A model generated the notes under the pieces. It was given only the letters and a program-made list of their open reading frames with translations, searched no databases and was not told the origin of the DNA. The translations under genes and the position numbers were made by a program. From Myxococcota bacterium (lineage in GTDB: Bacteria; Myxococcota; XYA12-FULL-58-9; JABJBS01), in NCBI GenBank assembly GCA_036339465.1, contig JAYZAY010000085.1:1-64000 (forward strand): DNA of 64,000 nt, given 5' to 3'. This document shows positions 48,847 through 59,233 of the stretch, piece by piece; the stretch's first letter is position 1; the number at the start of each line of letters is the position of its first letter.

Positions 48847-50106
48847 GTGTCTAGTCGGCATGATACAACGAGCTCTTTAGTTTGTTCTTTCTGTGGGAAA
48901 AGTCAGAAAGAAGTGAAAAAGCTAATTGCGGGCCCAACAGTCTATATTTGTGATGAGTGTATTAGTCTCTGCAATGACATCATTGCAGAGGAATTTGAGG
49001 TAGATGAGTCCCATACGAAGCCTCTGTTGAAAATACCGAAGCCCATTGAAATTAAGGAAAGCCTTGATGAGTACGTCATCGGCCAAGAGCGTGCCAAGAA
49101 AGTTCTCTCTGTGGCAGTCCACAACCACTATAAGAGAATTGACTCCAACGTTTCTACTGACGATGTAGAACTTCAGAAAAGCAATATCCTGCTTTTAGGT
49201 CCCACGGGAAGTGGAAAAACACTTTTGGCCCAGACATTGGCCCGGATTATTGATGTTCCATTTTGCATCGCGGATGCTACCAGTTTGACCGAGGCAGGTT
49301 ATGTGGGTGAAGATGTCGAGAACGTCATTGTGAATCTTTTGCAGTCCGCAGACGGGGACATCGAGCGAGCGCAAAGGGGCATCGTGTATATCGACGAAAT
49401 AGATAAGATTGCCCGCAAAGCGGAAAATCCTTCTATTACTCGTGACGTCTCTGGCGAGGGGGTTCAGCAGGCCCTTCTTAAAATAATCGAAGGAACCATG
49501 GCGAGTGTGCCGCCTAAAGGTGGTCGAAAGCATCCACAACAGGAATTCCTTCAGATTGACACGACAAATATCTTATTTATTTGTGGTGGGGCTTTTTCTG
49601 GATTGGAAACCGTGATTGAGCGGAGGTTAGGGAAGCACGGGATGGGCTTTGGTGCGGACATTGCGCCCCGAGCAGCCAAGCCTCTGGGGGAGGTTTTCTC
49701 CGCAGTCAGTGGCGAAGATTTACTCAAGTTTGGTTTAATTCCCGAATTTATTGGACGTTTGCCGGTCGTCTCTACGTTGGGCGAACTCGATGAAAGTGCG
49801 CTTGTTCAGGTGCTGAGCAAGCCCAAGAATGCACTTGTTAAGCAATACAAGAAGTTATTCGACCTAGATAAGGTCAAGCTTACTTTCGCCGAGGATGCGT
49901 TGCTGGCGGTGGCGGCCTTAGCAGTTAAACGCAAGACAGGTGCGAGGGGTTTGAGGGCAATTCTAGAGAAGGCAATGTTGGATATCATGTATGAGATCCC
50001 CAGCCATAGTGATATTCTTGAGGTTGTGATCTCTGAAGAAGTGATCAATCGTGGGGAGCGTCCTTTGGTGGTCTATCAGGACGAGCCGGCGAAAGAAGCC
50101 AGCTAG
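48847..50106 (+). CDS. clpX: ATP-dependent Clp protease ATP-binding subunit
   Basis: CSFCGK...ICDEC zinc finger, [32 protein letters not shown]. Confidence 0.98.
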   Translation: MSSRHDTTSSLVCSFCGKSQKEVKKLIAGPTVYICDECISLCNDIIAEEFEVDESHTKPLLKIPKPIEIKESLDEYVIGQERAKKVLSVAVHNHYKRIDSNVSTDDVELQKSNILLLGPTGSGKTLLAQTLARIIDVPFCIADATSLTEAGYVGEDVENVIVNLLQSADGDIERAQRGIVYIDEIDKIARKAENPSITRDVSGEGVQQALLKIIEGTMASVPPKGGRKHPQQEFLQIDTTNILFICGGAFSGLETVIERRLGKHGMGFGADIAPRAAKPLGEVFSAVSGEDLLKFGLIPEFIGRLPVVSTLGELDESALVQVLSKPKNALVKQYKKLFDLDKVKLTFAEDALLAVAALAVKRKTGARGLRAILEKAMLDIMYEIPSHSDILEVVISEEVINRGERPLVVYQDEPAKEAS

Positions 50107-50288
50107 TTACCTCACTCACACCAGACATCAGCGATAGACGTATAGCCAGTCGGCATGGCTCGTTTTGATTGCTTGTGTTTGCTCGTTTTTATCGTTGTTC
50201 TGGTATTATCGAAGAGAACATCGTCGGCGGGAGCGGTGAATGTCGCTCACGTGAGGCCAGGGTCTAGTGGGTGGATGGTATCCTGGCG

Positions 50289-50774
50289 CTAAAAACGCTG
50301 CTCCTTAATTCGGTGAACGAAAAGCTGACGGTAGACTTGGTCGGCAGGTAAAACGGAAATGTCGACGCGCGTAATGCCCATCTTGGCCTTGAAAACAAGA
50401 CTTAGATCTACCCTTGGTAGATTCCAAGGAATCTCCAATTTCCAGGTGTCGTATTTCGTAAGTTTTGGTAAGATCACTCTCGCGGGATGGAACCCGTCAG
50501 CCAGTAAGAGAGTCTGGTTACAGTAGTTGGTCAAATTTAGTTCAATGGCCTCGTAGATATTACCTCGTCCGGTCGTCTTGATCCCGCTAGGCGGCCAAAT
50601 TTTCTCTCCTTCGGCGCTCAGGATTTCACGGATCTTAACAAGAGAGTCGGGATCACATTCCTCGAGGGCCAATGTGTTAGTGGTAGTGGGCGGTGCTTGA
50701 GAGTCGCAGGCGCAACACAAGAGAAGGTAAAGTATTGTCGCCATTTGGGCGCTAGTGTTGGTAGTCTTTGACAT
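50289..50774 (-). CDS. Hypothetical lipoprotein
   Basis: 161-aa ORF with hydrophobic signal and Cys (LLLCCAC); fills the clpX-lon gap. Confidence 0.55.
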   Translation of the reverse strand: MSKTTNTSAQMATILYLLLCCACDSQAPPTTTNTLALEECDPDSLVKIREILSAEGEKIWPPSGIKTTGRGNIYEAIELNLTNYCNQTLLLADGFHPARVILPKLTKYDTWKLEIPWNLPRVDLSLVFKAKMGITRVDISVLPADQVYRQLFVHRIKEQRF

Positions 50775-50955
50775 TTAACTCACGGGTGTTTTTGGCCGCG
50801 CACACGTAGCTGGGTTGAGTTTTCGAAGCCAAGTTGAGATAACCTAATCTGGGTTTTCGTATGGGACGTGCATACATTTGTTAATCATCAATCCATTGGA
50901 TGGATGTTTTTCGGATTTTTGACGTCTTGTCAATCAACGAAACTGGCCCTAGTTT

Positions 50956-53457
50956 GTGAGAAATAGGCTAGAATTAGCTAAAGGTACTACTTGGAGTTCA
51001 AACGTGAAGAAATTGCCGTTACTACCCCTTCGAGACATTGTTGTTTTTCCGCATATGATGGTTCCGCTTTATGTTGGCCGCGCTTCTTCTATCCAGGCCG
51101 TCAACGCCGCAGTTGCGCATGACGGGGAAATCCTTCTTTGCGCGCAAAAGGAAGCGCGTACCAACAGTCCGAAGCCAGGAGAGATTTACGAGATCGGTAC
51201 CGTTGGAAATGTGATGCAACACATTAAGCGTCCCGATGGAACGGTCAAGATATTGGTCGAAGGCGTGCGCCGGGCGCGTATAGTCAATTACGTCGAGAAC
51301 TCTGACTTTTTTGCGGTGGAGTTTGAGGCCCTAGAGGTTCCCGAAATGCCAGCTGAGGACATTCTTGGGTTGATTAGAGATACCCGTGAGGCGTTCGATG
51401 TGTATGCGGGGTTATCGAAACGGCTCCAGCCGGATGTTCTCGCCAGCATTAAGGCGATCGAAAGTGCTGATCGGTTGTCAGATACAATCGTTGCGCATCT
51501 TGCGGTTAAGCATTCGGACAAGCAAGCCTTACTGGAGACGGTTTCGGCTAGGGCTAGGCTTGAGCGGCTCTTAGAGTTGATGCAATCGGAAACAGAAATC
51601 CTCACCGTCGAAAAGAAGATTCGTTCACGCGTTAAAAGACAAATGGAACGCTCTGAGAAGGAATATTATTTGAATGAGCAGATGCGTGCCATTCAGAAAG
51701 AACTTGGTGAGCGAGAAGATCTTAAGAGTGAAGTCGCGGAGCTTGAGGAGCAAATTCAAACGGTCAAGATGCCGGTGGAATCTAGGGAACGGGTTGCCAA
51801 GGAATTGAAGAAATTGAAGATGATGGCACCCATGAGCGCTGAGGCGACCGTGGTTAGAAACTATATAGATTGGTGCTTGGAGCTACCCTGGGAGACCTAC
51901 GCTGAAGAACATTTGGATTTGGAGCTCGCCGAGAATGTTCTAGATGAAGACCACTATGGTCTCAAAAAGCCCAAGGAACGCATTCTTGAGTTCTTGGCTG
52001 TCCATAAGCTGGTTGAACGGTTGCGGGGCCCGATTCTGTGCTTTGTTGGGCCGCCGGGGGTTGGGAAAACCTCTTTGGCTAAGTCGATCGCTCGAGCAAC
52101 TGGACGCGATTTTGTTCGCATGTCGCTCGGAGGTGTACGCGATGAAGCCGAAATTCGTGGACACCGAAGAACTTATATTGGGGCGATGCCAGGAAAGGTC
52201 ATTCAGGGTATAAAGAAAGCGGGTTCTTCAAATCCCGTTTTCCTATTGGACGAAATTGATAAGATATCGGCGGATTTTCGCGGGGATCCAGCTTCGGCTC
52301 TACTTGAGGTTTTGGACCCACATCAGAACAATACCTTCAACGATCACTACCTCGATCTCGATTATGACTTATCGAAGGTGATGTTTATTTGCACCGCGAA
52401 TGACACGCACGGATTGCCCCACGCTCTCAAAGATCGAATGGAAATCATTCGTATTGCTGGTTATACGGAGCTTGAGAAAACGGCCATTGGCTCAAAATAT
52501 CTGGTTCCACGGCAACAAGCAGAAAACGGTCTTAAAGACGTGGTCTTGGAATGGTCTGAAGCAAGTACGCGGTCGATTATTCAATATTATACTCGGGAGG
52601 CAGGTGTGCGGACTTTGGAGCGGGAGATCGGTGCTGTCTGTCGTAAAATCGCGCGGGGAGTGGTCGCAGGGGAAATTAAAGGGCCCAAATACCGGGTTAC
52701 GACCAGTCGGATCCGTAAGTTTCTTGGAGTAGAGAAATTCCGTTCCAGTAGGAGGGAAGACCACCCACAGATCGGAACGAGCACCGGCCTTGCCTGGACT
52801 TCGGTTGGGGGCGACATTCTCCAAATTGAAGTTGGCATGATGCCGGGTCGTGGGAAACTCATGATCACGGGCAAGCTTGGTGAGGTTATGCAGGAGTCGG
52901 CGCAGGCGGCGATGAGTTACGTGCGGTCCCGGTCCAAGTCATGGGGGCTCCAACCTAATTTCTACCAGGCCATTGATATTCACGTGCATGTTCCGGAGGG
53001 GGCGATGCCGAAAGATGGTCCTTCCGCGGGCATCACGATTTGTACTGCGCTGGTCTCTGCTCTTTCGGGAATCGCGGTTCGTAATGATATCGCCATGACA
53101 GGGGAGGTTACCTTGAGGGGTAATGTACTTCCGATTGGTGGGTTGAAGGAAAAGGCAATGGCGGCGCATCGAGCGGAGATTTTCGAAATTATTGTGCCCA
53201 AGGATAATGAGAAAGACATTGAGGATATTCCCAAGGAGATAAAAGAAGTTATGTCTTTCCATGTCGTGGAACATGTTGACGAAGTTCTTCGGCGTGCTTT
53301 GGTGTTAGCCGACCCAGAGTCCTTTTACGAACGAACGGCCGGGATGGCGACGTTTGAATTGGACGAAATGATTGATTTGGCGAGTCGGGAACGAACCATG
53401 AACCGCAGCGACGATGGGAATCCGCATCCTAGTGAGGGAACTAGGATCGTTCAGTAA
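50956..53457 (+). CDS. lon: Lon protease
   Basis: [48 protein letters not shown]. Start probably GTG 51004. Confidence 0.98.
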   Translation: MRNRLELAKGTTWSSNVKKLPLLPLRDIVVFPHMMVPLYVGRASSIQAVNAAVAHDGEILLCAQKEARTNSPKPGEIYEIGTVGNVMQHIKRPDGTVKILVEGVRRARIVNYVENSDFFAVEFEALEVPEMPAEDILGLIRDTREAFDVYAGLSKRLQPDVLASIKAIESADRLSDTIVAHLAVKHSDKQALLETVSARARLERLLELMQSETEILTVEKKIRSRVKRQMERSEKEYYLNEQMRAIQKELGEREDLKSEVAELEEQIQTVKMPVESRERVAKELKKLKMMAPMSAEATVVRNYIDWCLELPWETYAEEHLDLELAENVLDEDHYGLKKPKERILEFLAVHKLVERLRGPILCFVGPPGVGKTSLAKSIARATGRDFVRMSLGGVRDEAEIRGHRRTYIGAMPGKVIQGIKKAGSSNPVFLLDEIDKISADFRGDPASALLEVLDPHQNNTFNDHYLDLDYDLSKVMFICTANDTHGLPHALKDRMEIIRIAGYTELEKTAIGSKYLVPRQQAENGLKDVVLEWSEASTRSIIQYYTREAGVRTLEREIGAVCRKIARGVVAGEIKGPKYRVTTSRIRKFLGVEKFRSSRREDHPQIGTSTGLAWTSVGGDILQIEVGMMPGRGKLMITGKLGEVMQESAQAAMSYVRSRSKSWGLQPNFYQAIDIHVHVPEGAMPKDGPSAGITICTALVSALSGIAVRNDIAMTGEVTLRGNVLPIGGLKEKAMAAHRAEIFEIIVPKDNEKDIEDIPKEIKEVMSFHVVEHVDEVLRRALVLADPESFYERTAGMATFELDEMIDLASRERTMNRSDDGNPHPSEGTRIVQ

Positions 53458-53472
53458 GCGATTGGAATAGCA

Positions 53473-54084
53473 CTAGAGCTTAAGCGCGCTGGACGATTGA
53501 GGTTCGCTCAGCGCAGCCGTTAGCGAGGGGGCCTTTTCGATATTTCGAAAGATTGGCTGGCTAGCGCCCCTTGCGCCAGACTCAAGGATATCATGATCGA
53601 CGGGTGTGCGTGTCGGCAATTTTCCGAGAAGGATTTGAGCTTCCTCTCCACCCAACTTGCCTTTATCTACCGATACTAGGAGAGTTGATTTAAGATAGCC
53701 GGTTGTATTTTTGAGATGTTGCTTTTGGTGTTGGTAACGCCTTTGAGCTTTTTCATCTAGTTTTGCTTGCTCTTCAATACTATCTGACCAGGTTTGGATG
53801 AACTGCTCGAAGCGCTCTGCCTGGTTGACTAGAATCATACTTGCGACTTCATAGGGCAAGTCTGAGAGTAGGATGGATGGGGCCGCTTTTTGAAGGATGC
53901 GGGTGAAGTCACCGCGGGCACTCTTTTCTTGGAGCGCTTTTTGTACTTCATTACGAAGGTTCTGGGGGTCAATGTCTGGTCGAGTCGGAACCGAGTTGCG
54001 CTTGTGGGGTGTCGTCGACTTGAGATCGGATTGGGATAAGACCGGGCCATCAATGGGTGTTTTCATGGGAATACCTACAATCAA
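53473..54084 (-). CDS. Hypothetical protein
   Basis: 203-aa ORF filling the gap between lon and the DUF1015 gene; no recognisable motif. Confidence 0.55.
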   Translation of the reverse strand: MIVGIPMKTPIDGPVLSQSDLKSTTPHKRNSVPTRPDIDPQNLRNEVQKALQEKSARGDFTRILQKAAPSILLSDLPYEVASMILVNQAERFEQFIQTWSDSIEEQAKLDEKAQRRYQHQKQHLKNTTGYLKSTLLVSVDKGKLGGEEAQILLGKLPTRTPVDHDILESGARGASQPIFRNIEKAPSLTAALSEPQSSSALKL

Positions 54085-54106
54085 ATGGCTTGGTTCGGCT
54101 GATGTT

Positions 54107-55336
54107 TTAGGGCGTTAGCATGTGAATGATCAGGCCATCACGTAGTTTGGGTTCAAACCAAGTACTCTTCGGGGGCATTATTTCACCCGCATCGGCAACT
54201 TCGAGCAAATCCTCCACCGAGGTTGGGTGCAGTTTAAACGCGACAGCGCAATCTTCGTGTACCCGCTTTTCTAGTTCTGCCCGTCCCCGAATACCCCCAA
54301 TGAAGGCAATTCGCTTGTCAGTACGTGGGTCTTCTATGCCGAGTAATGGACTAAGAATGTTCGTTTGTAGAATGGACACATCTAAGGATGAAATAGGGCC
54401 GCGGGAGTTTGTAAGTACTGAATCACGCGTGCTTAGGGTGTACCAAGACCCGCCAAGGTACATTTCAAAATGATTGGGTTTCGGATGCTCCAACTGCCCA
54501 GAGAAGAGCTCGAATCGGTCTTGGATTTTTTCGAGGAAAGCTTCAGGCGTATGGCCGTTTAGGTCCTTAACAGCACGATTATAATCTAGAATCAGTAATT
54601 CATCTGAGGAAAATGAGACGGCTAGGAACCGTTCAGCGTATTGGTGGTGGTCTGGGGTACCCCTAAGATTTTGAGCCACCTTGGCTGCCGCCGCGGACCT
54701 ATGGTGACCATCCGCTATGTAGAGGGCGGGTTGCTTGGCAAAGGCATTGGTGATCTCGAGTTGCTGTTCGGCACTTTCAATCTGCCATAGTTCATGGCGG
54801 ATGCCGTCGCTGGCCGTGAAGTCGTAGATCGGCGGCGATTGTTTTGCGTTGGTAATTATTTTCGACAGGCAATCATCGGGGCGGTGCAGTAGAAATACGG
54901 TGCCAGATTGGGCGTTGAGGGCTGTAATGTTTTTAATTCGGTCCTCTTCTTTATCTGGGCGGGTGAGTTCATGCTTTTTGACGATTTCTTGTTCATAGTC
55001 CTCGACAGAAGCCAAGAGCACATAACCTGTTTGGGTGCGTCCGTTCATGGTGAGGGCATAAATGAAATAGTGTTCCTCATCGTCGCGGACTAGGATCCCC
55101 TCGGAGATTAGGCGATCAAGGGCTGTGCGGCCTTGGGCGTAGACTTCGGTACTGTAGGCATCAATATCAGTGGCCAAATCGATCTCTGGTTTCGTGACAT
55201 GTAGGAAGCTGTGATGGTTGTCTCGCACCAGATTTTTCGCCTCAGGTCGGTTCACCACATCGTATGGAACGGATGCGACTTGGGGTGCGAGGTCTTGTCG
55301 GGGTCTAAGTGCTTTAATTGGGTAGATTGTTGCCAT
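54107..55336 (-). CDS. DUF1015 family protein
   Basis: PYDV, KKHELTR, YIADGHHR, IMPPKSTWFEPKLRDGL. Confidence 0.9.
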   Translation of the reverse strand: MATIYPIKALRPRQDLAPQVASVPYDVVNRPEAKNLVRDNHHSFLHVTKPEIDLATDIDAYSTEVYAQGRTALDRLISEGILVRDDEEHYFIYALTMNGRTQTGYVLLASVEDYEQEIVKKHELTRPDKEEDRIKNITALNAQSGTVFLLHRPDDCLSKIITNAKQSPPIYDFTASDGIRHELWQIESAEQQLEITNAFAKQPALYIADGHHRSAAAAKVAQNLRGTPDHHQYAERFLAVSFSSDELLILDYNRAVKDLNGHTPEAFLEKIQDRFELFSGQLEHPKPNHFEMYLGGSWYTLSTRDSVLTNSRGPISSLDVSILQTNILSPLLGIEDPRTDKRIAFIGGIRGRAELEKRVHEDCAVAFKLHPTSVEDLLEVADAGEIMPPKSTWFEPKLRDGLIIHMLTP

Positions 55337-55360
55337 GCCTAGTAGCTCCTTGTCGTTAGG

Positions 55361-56017
55361 TTAGTCGAGTTCGATGGTTTCGATTATCACGGCGTGTTTC
55401 GGAACATCGCGCATTCCTGGAGGCAATTTCTCGTCGCAGGGCTCACGAGTTGCGCTTGGGCACAAGGTCTCCGATTTAGCAATTCTATCTACAACTTCCA
55501 TACCTTCCACTACCTCGGCAAAGACGGTGTAGCCTGGATTTTTGTGTCCCTTGTAGTCGAGCCTCTGGTTATTTTCGACGTTGATAAAAAACTGAGAGGT
55601 AGCGGAATCCGGTGAACGTGTTCGTGCCATGGCGACGGTGCCTCTTTTATTGCTGAGGCGATTGGAGGACTCATTCTTGATTGGGGTTCTTGGCGTGGCC
55701 TTGGATAGATTTTCTTTGAAGCCGCCGGCTTGGATCATGAAACCAGGTATCACGCGATGAAAGACCGTTTTCTCGTAAAAGCCATCTTCGATATATTTGA
55801 CGAAATTCGCGACGGTTTGGGGAGCTTTGTCGGCAAAGAGATTTAGCTTGATGACGCCGGCGTTGGTACGAATCATCACCGCCCCACTAACATCGGGTGG
55901 GGCTAGACTTGCTTCTTCGTCTTCTTTGGCTCCTTCGTCTCCAGAGTCCTCTGCTTTGTCGCACGCTCCTACGAGGCTCAGGGCCCCGACGAAGGCTAAC
56001 CATAAAAGTTTTTGCAC
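55361..56017 (-). CDS. Cyclophilin-type peptidyl-prolyl isomerase, lipoprotein
   Basis: AP.TVANF, FHRVIPGFMIQAGG, AMART...SATSQFFIN. GTG 56017 follows GAGGAG and gives lipobox VGAC. Confidence 0.92.
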   Translation of the reverse strand: MQKLLWLAFVGALSLVGACDKAEDSGDEGAKEDEEASLAPPDVSGAVMIRTNAGVIKLNLFADKAPQTVANFVKYIEDGFYEKTVFHRVIPGFMIQAGGFKENLSKATPRTPIKNESSNRLSNKRGTVAMARTRSPDSATSQFFINVENNQRLDYKGHKNPGYTVFAEVVEGMEVVDRIAKSETLCPSATREPCDEKLPPGMRDVPKHAVIIETIELD

Positions 56018-56113
56018 AATTTTCTCCTCATCCCTGGTTTTCTGAGCATCTCTTCTAAACCACTGGCGTAAGAGCTTCAAGAAGGAGAGATAGGGAATTT
56101 GGGAGGTAGGAAT

Positions 56114-57250
56114 CTATGCTTGTGGTTGGCCCGGCGTACGACGACCAGGAGTTCGACCGTTTCTTCCGCTTTGACCCTTTGTGGCACTGGGTGCAGCGGC
56201 CGGTTGCGGGGGGGCGACTTTCTGCTGAGTTGATTCGTCACCGGTCTTAGGAACTAAGCCGAAATGTTGCCGGATTCGTAGTTCGATACTGTGCATTAAT
56301 TCAGGGTTGACCGAGAGGAATTTCGTGGTTTGTTCCCGGCCTTGCCCAAGTCGGTCACCTTGGTGAGAATACCAGGAGCCACTTTTGTCGATGATGCCGA
56401 TGTCGGTTCCCAGATCGAGAATATCCCCGACTTTTGAAATTCCTTCGCCGTATAAAATATCAAATTCGTGCTCCCGAAATGGCGCCGCCAGCTTATTTTT
56501 GACGACCTTTACGCGTGTGCGATTGCCGAGAACCTGGTCCGAATTTTTAATCGCCCCAATGCGGCGAATATCAAGCCTTACACTGGAGTAAAATTTGAGT
56601 GCATTTCCGCCGGTTGTTGTTTCAGGACTGCCAAACATGACACCAATTTTCATCCGAATCTGGTTAATGAATACGACGCAGGCCCGGCTTTTCGAAATAA
56701 TCCCGGTCAATTTTCGCAATGCTTGACTCATCAATCGGGCCTGTAGCCCAACATGACTATCACCCATATCCCCTTCGATTTCTGCACGCGGGACGAGGGC
56801 CGCTACGGAATCTACAACAAGTAGGTCCACTGCGTTTGAACGGACCAACATTTCTAAAATCTCGAGCGCTTGCTCGCCGGTGTCTGGCTGTGAGACGAGT
56901 AAGTCGTCGGTATTGACACCCAGCTTTTTCGCATAACTGACATCCAAAGCATGCTCTGCGTCGATAAATGCCGCGACACCACCATTCTTTTGGGCTTCAG
57001 CGATGGCGTGTAGGGTTAATGTGGTTTTACCACTCGATTCAGGACCATAGATTTCAACGACCCGACCTCGGGGGATTCCGCCGATCCCTAACGCAACATC
57101 GAGTCCAATTGAACCCGTCGAAATAGTCGGTATCTCTGTGGGCTGGTGATTTTCCCCGAGGCGCATAATTGCCCCTTTTCCGAACTGTTTTTGGATGGAG
57201 CCAATGGCCAACTCAATTGCCTTTTCTCGGTCGATTGTATTGTTTTTCAT
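56114..57250 (-). CDS. recA: Recombinase A
   Basis: [53 protein letters not shown]. Confidence 0.99.
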   Translation of the reverse strand: MKNNTIDREKAIELAIGSIQKQFGKGAIMRLGENHQPTEIPTISTGSIGLDVALGIGGIPRGRVVEIYGPESSGKTTLTLHAIAEAQKNGGVAAFIDAEHALDVSYAKKLGVNTDDLLVSQPDTGEQALEILEMLVRSNAVDLLVVDSVAALVPRAEIEGDMGDSHVGLQARLMSQALRKLTGIISKSRACVVFINQIRMKIGVMFGSPETTTGGNALKFYSSVRLDIRRIGAIKNSDQVLGNRTRVKVVKNKLAAPFREHEFDILYGEGISKVGDILDLGTDIGIIDKSGSWYSHQGDRLGQGREQTTKFLSVNPELMHSIELRIRQHFGLVPKTGDESTQQKVAPPQPAAAPSATKGQSGRNGRTPGRRTPGQPQA

Positions 57251-57328
57251 GCTTGGTGCTTCCTAATTAAAAAAAGTAAAAGGTTACCGGAATGTCTGTG
57301 TAGGAAATAGCCTTTTCGTTGTTGTACA

Positions 57329-57344
57329 CTGAACAAATGTCCAA
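57329..57344. promoter_or_regulatory. Putative LexA (SOS) box upstream of recA
   Basis: CTGAACAAATGTCCAA is GAAC-N4-GTCC. Its reverse complement resembles the Myxococcus-type box ending GTTCAG. About 80 bp upstream of recA. Confidence 0.55.
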
Positions 57345-57504
57345 TGCTAGTTTTGTGTGGGTTTTGATAGATTTTTCTGCTTCGATTTGAACTAATTTGA
57401 ACTAATTTGTACAAAGGACAATTCCGAACTGAAAGTTCGCCGCGAACTTTTTGACTTGGAGCCAAAATTTATTAAGGCTAACAGTCATGGGGAATATTAC
57501 ATAA

Positions 57505-59223
57505 ATGAGCAATAAGTCGAGCGTTTCGCCGCAAATGAGGGTTAGAGCTGCTGCTACCTGGGCAAGGCGGCTCGGGTCTGTTTTCGAAAGGGTAGCGCTT
57601 TTTGAGATCAGCGGAACAAGTGCGAAGGTCGTCTTCGTAAAGGGGCTAGATCTTACTGCTCGTGAGCGGGAGGTGAGCTTAACCGCGAATACCCCCCTGC
57701 GTTGGACCATCGAAGCGGCCTCACCTGTGGTCGGTTCTGGCAGAGCACCGGGGGCAAAGCGAATAGCGGAAATTCTAGGTGTCGATATTCCACGGGCTTT
57801 TGCCGTTCTGCCTTTGGTCATTGGCGGGCGACTGCAGGCTCTGGCCTACGCAGACAACGGCAATCGGCCGCTACCCTTGGTCGCGGTGAGTCGGGTTTTT
57901 GAGGTTTGCGACGCGGCGGTTCATGAGGATCTTAGCAAGTCGGAACGTGTGGCGAACCCAGTCGAAAGGAATGAAAGATCTTCCCGGGGTTTGGATTTCA
58001 TTACTTCCACCGCTAATAAACGGAAGCGATTTAGCTTACGAGGAATAGATGGGGATGACTATCGACGCCGCCTCGCTGCGGAAGAGGTTACAGAGGAGTT
58101 AGCTGAAGGCAAATCATTTGCATTGGAGCTTCCCGCTAATAACGTTATTCCTTTTGTACCAATCCCTAAGGTACGGGCCTTAGTGGCTTCAAATGTGCGG
58201 CAGAGGTCGAGTGTTACCAATCGCACTTTGAATGGGTGGAGTCGGATTGCCACTGCAGCCTGTTTGGCCGTTGGCCTATCTGGCTTAGGGATGCTTGGAG
58301 CATCTCCACCCAAACGTATGACACAGCACGCAACTCTTGAGATCGAGCAGGGAACCACCGTGTCGCAAATTGCGCATCAGTTACAGACGGGTGGCATCGT
58401 TAGAAGTGCCTTTATGTTTCAATTGATGGCGAGAGCGCAGGGGGTTGATCGCGCGATCCGCGCTGGTTACTACAGTTTATCGCCGGGTATGTGGCTCTGG
58501 GATGTTGTTAGGACGCTCCATGTCGGTCAGGTTGCAAAGGAGTTGATAACGATTCCCGAGGGACTCAAGCTGGTGGAAATCGCTAATTTATTTGAAGAAA
58601 AGGGGCTCGCAACGGTCGAAGGATTTTTGGAGGCCGCACGGGACCCACGGCTTATTCAAAAATACCACCTCCCTGGTACCTCAGTAGAAGGCTTTGTGTT
58701 TCCCGAAACCTATGTGTTTGCCCGAGGGCTTGCGCCATTTAATATGGTGGATACAATGGTAGAGCTTTTCTTTGATCGTCTAAATCGCATTTATCCCATT
58801 GATAGCCTCTCGACCGCAGAACTTCTACGAAAAGTTTCTTTGGCGTCTATTGTAGAAAAGGAAGCGAGAAGGCCCGACGAGAAAGCCCGAGTGGCTGGGG
58901 TCTTCTACAACAGGATGAAGCGGAATATGAAATTGGAATCGTGCGCCACGGTTCAATATGTACTCGATAAGCCAAAGGAGAAGTTGAGGTTAGCGGATCT
59001 TAGAATTAGTTCTCCCTACAACACCTATCGGAACCGAGGATTGCCTCCAGGCCCTATTTCAAGTCCAGGTAGTGAGGCACTGAGTGCTGTTTTTCAGCCC
59101 GAAGAACATGACTATCTATTCTTCGTTGCGATTAAGGACGGTTCTCATCGCCATGTGTTTACTGAGAGTTATTCAGAGCACAAAAGGGCCATCAAGCGCC
59201 TTCGCAAGGAAGGCCGTTTCTAA
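57505..59223 (+). CDS. mltG: MltG (YceG family) copy 2 with a long N-terminal GAF-like cytoplasmic extension
   Basis: About 245-aa N-terminal region, TM, then TIPEG, EGFVFPETY, LASIVEKEA, SPYNTY..GLPPGPI. Confidence 0.88.
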   Translation: MSNKSSVSPQMRVRAAATWARRLGSVFERVALFEISGTSAKVVFVKGLDLTAREREVSLTANTPLRWTIEAASPVVGSGRAPGAKRIAEILGVDIPRAFAVLPLVIGGRLQALAYADNGNRPLPLVAVSRVFEVCDAAVHEDLSKSERVANPVERNERSSRGLDFITSTANKRKRFSLRGIDGDDYRRRLAAEEVTEELAEGKSFALELPANNVIPFVPIPKVRALVASNVRQRSSVTNRTLNGWSRIATAACLAVGLSGLGMLGASPPKRMTQHATLEIEQGTTVSQIAHQLQTGGIVRSAFMFQLMARAQGVDRAIRAGYYSLSPGMWLWDVVRTLHVGQVAKELITIPEGLKLVEIANLFEEKGLATVEGFLEAARDPRLIQKYHLPGTSVEGFVFPETYVFARGLAPFNMVDTMVELFFDRLNRIYPIDSLSTAELLRKVSLASIVEKEARRPDEKARVAGVFYNRMKRNMKLESCATVQYVLDKPKEKLRLADLRISSPYNTYRNRGLPPGPISSPGSEALSAVFQPEEHDYLFFVAIKDGSHRHVFTESYSEHKRAIKRLRKEGRF

Positions 59224-59233
59224 TTTACTCGTT

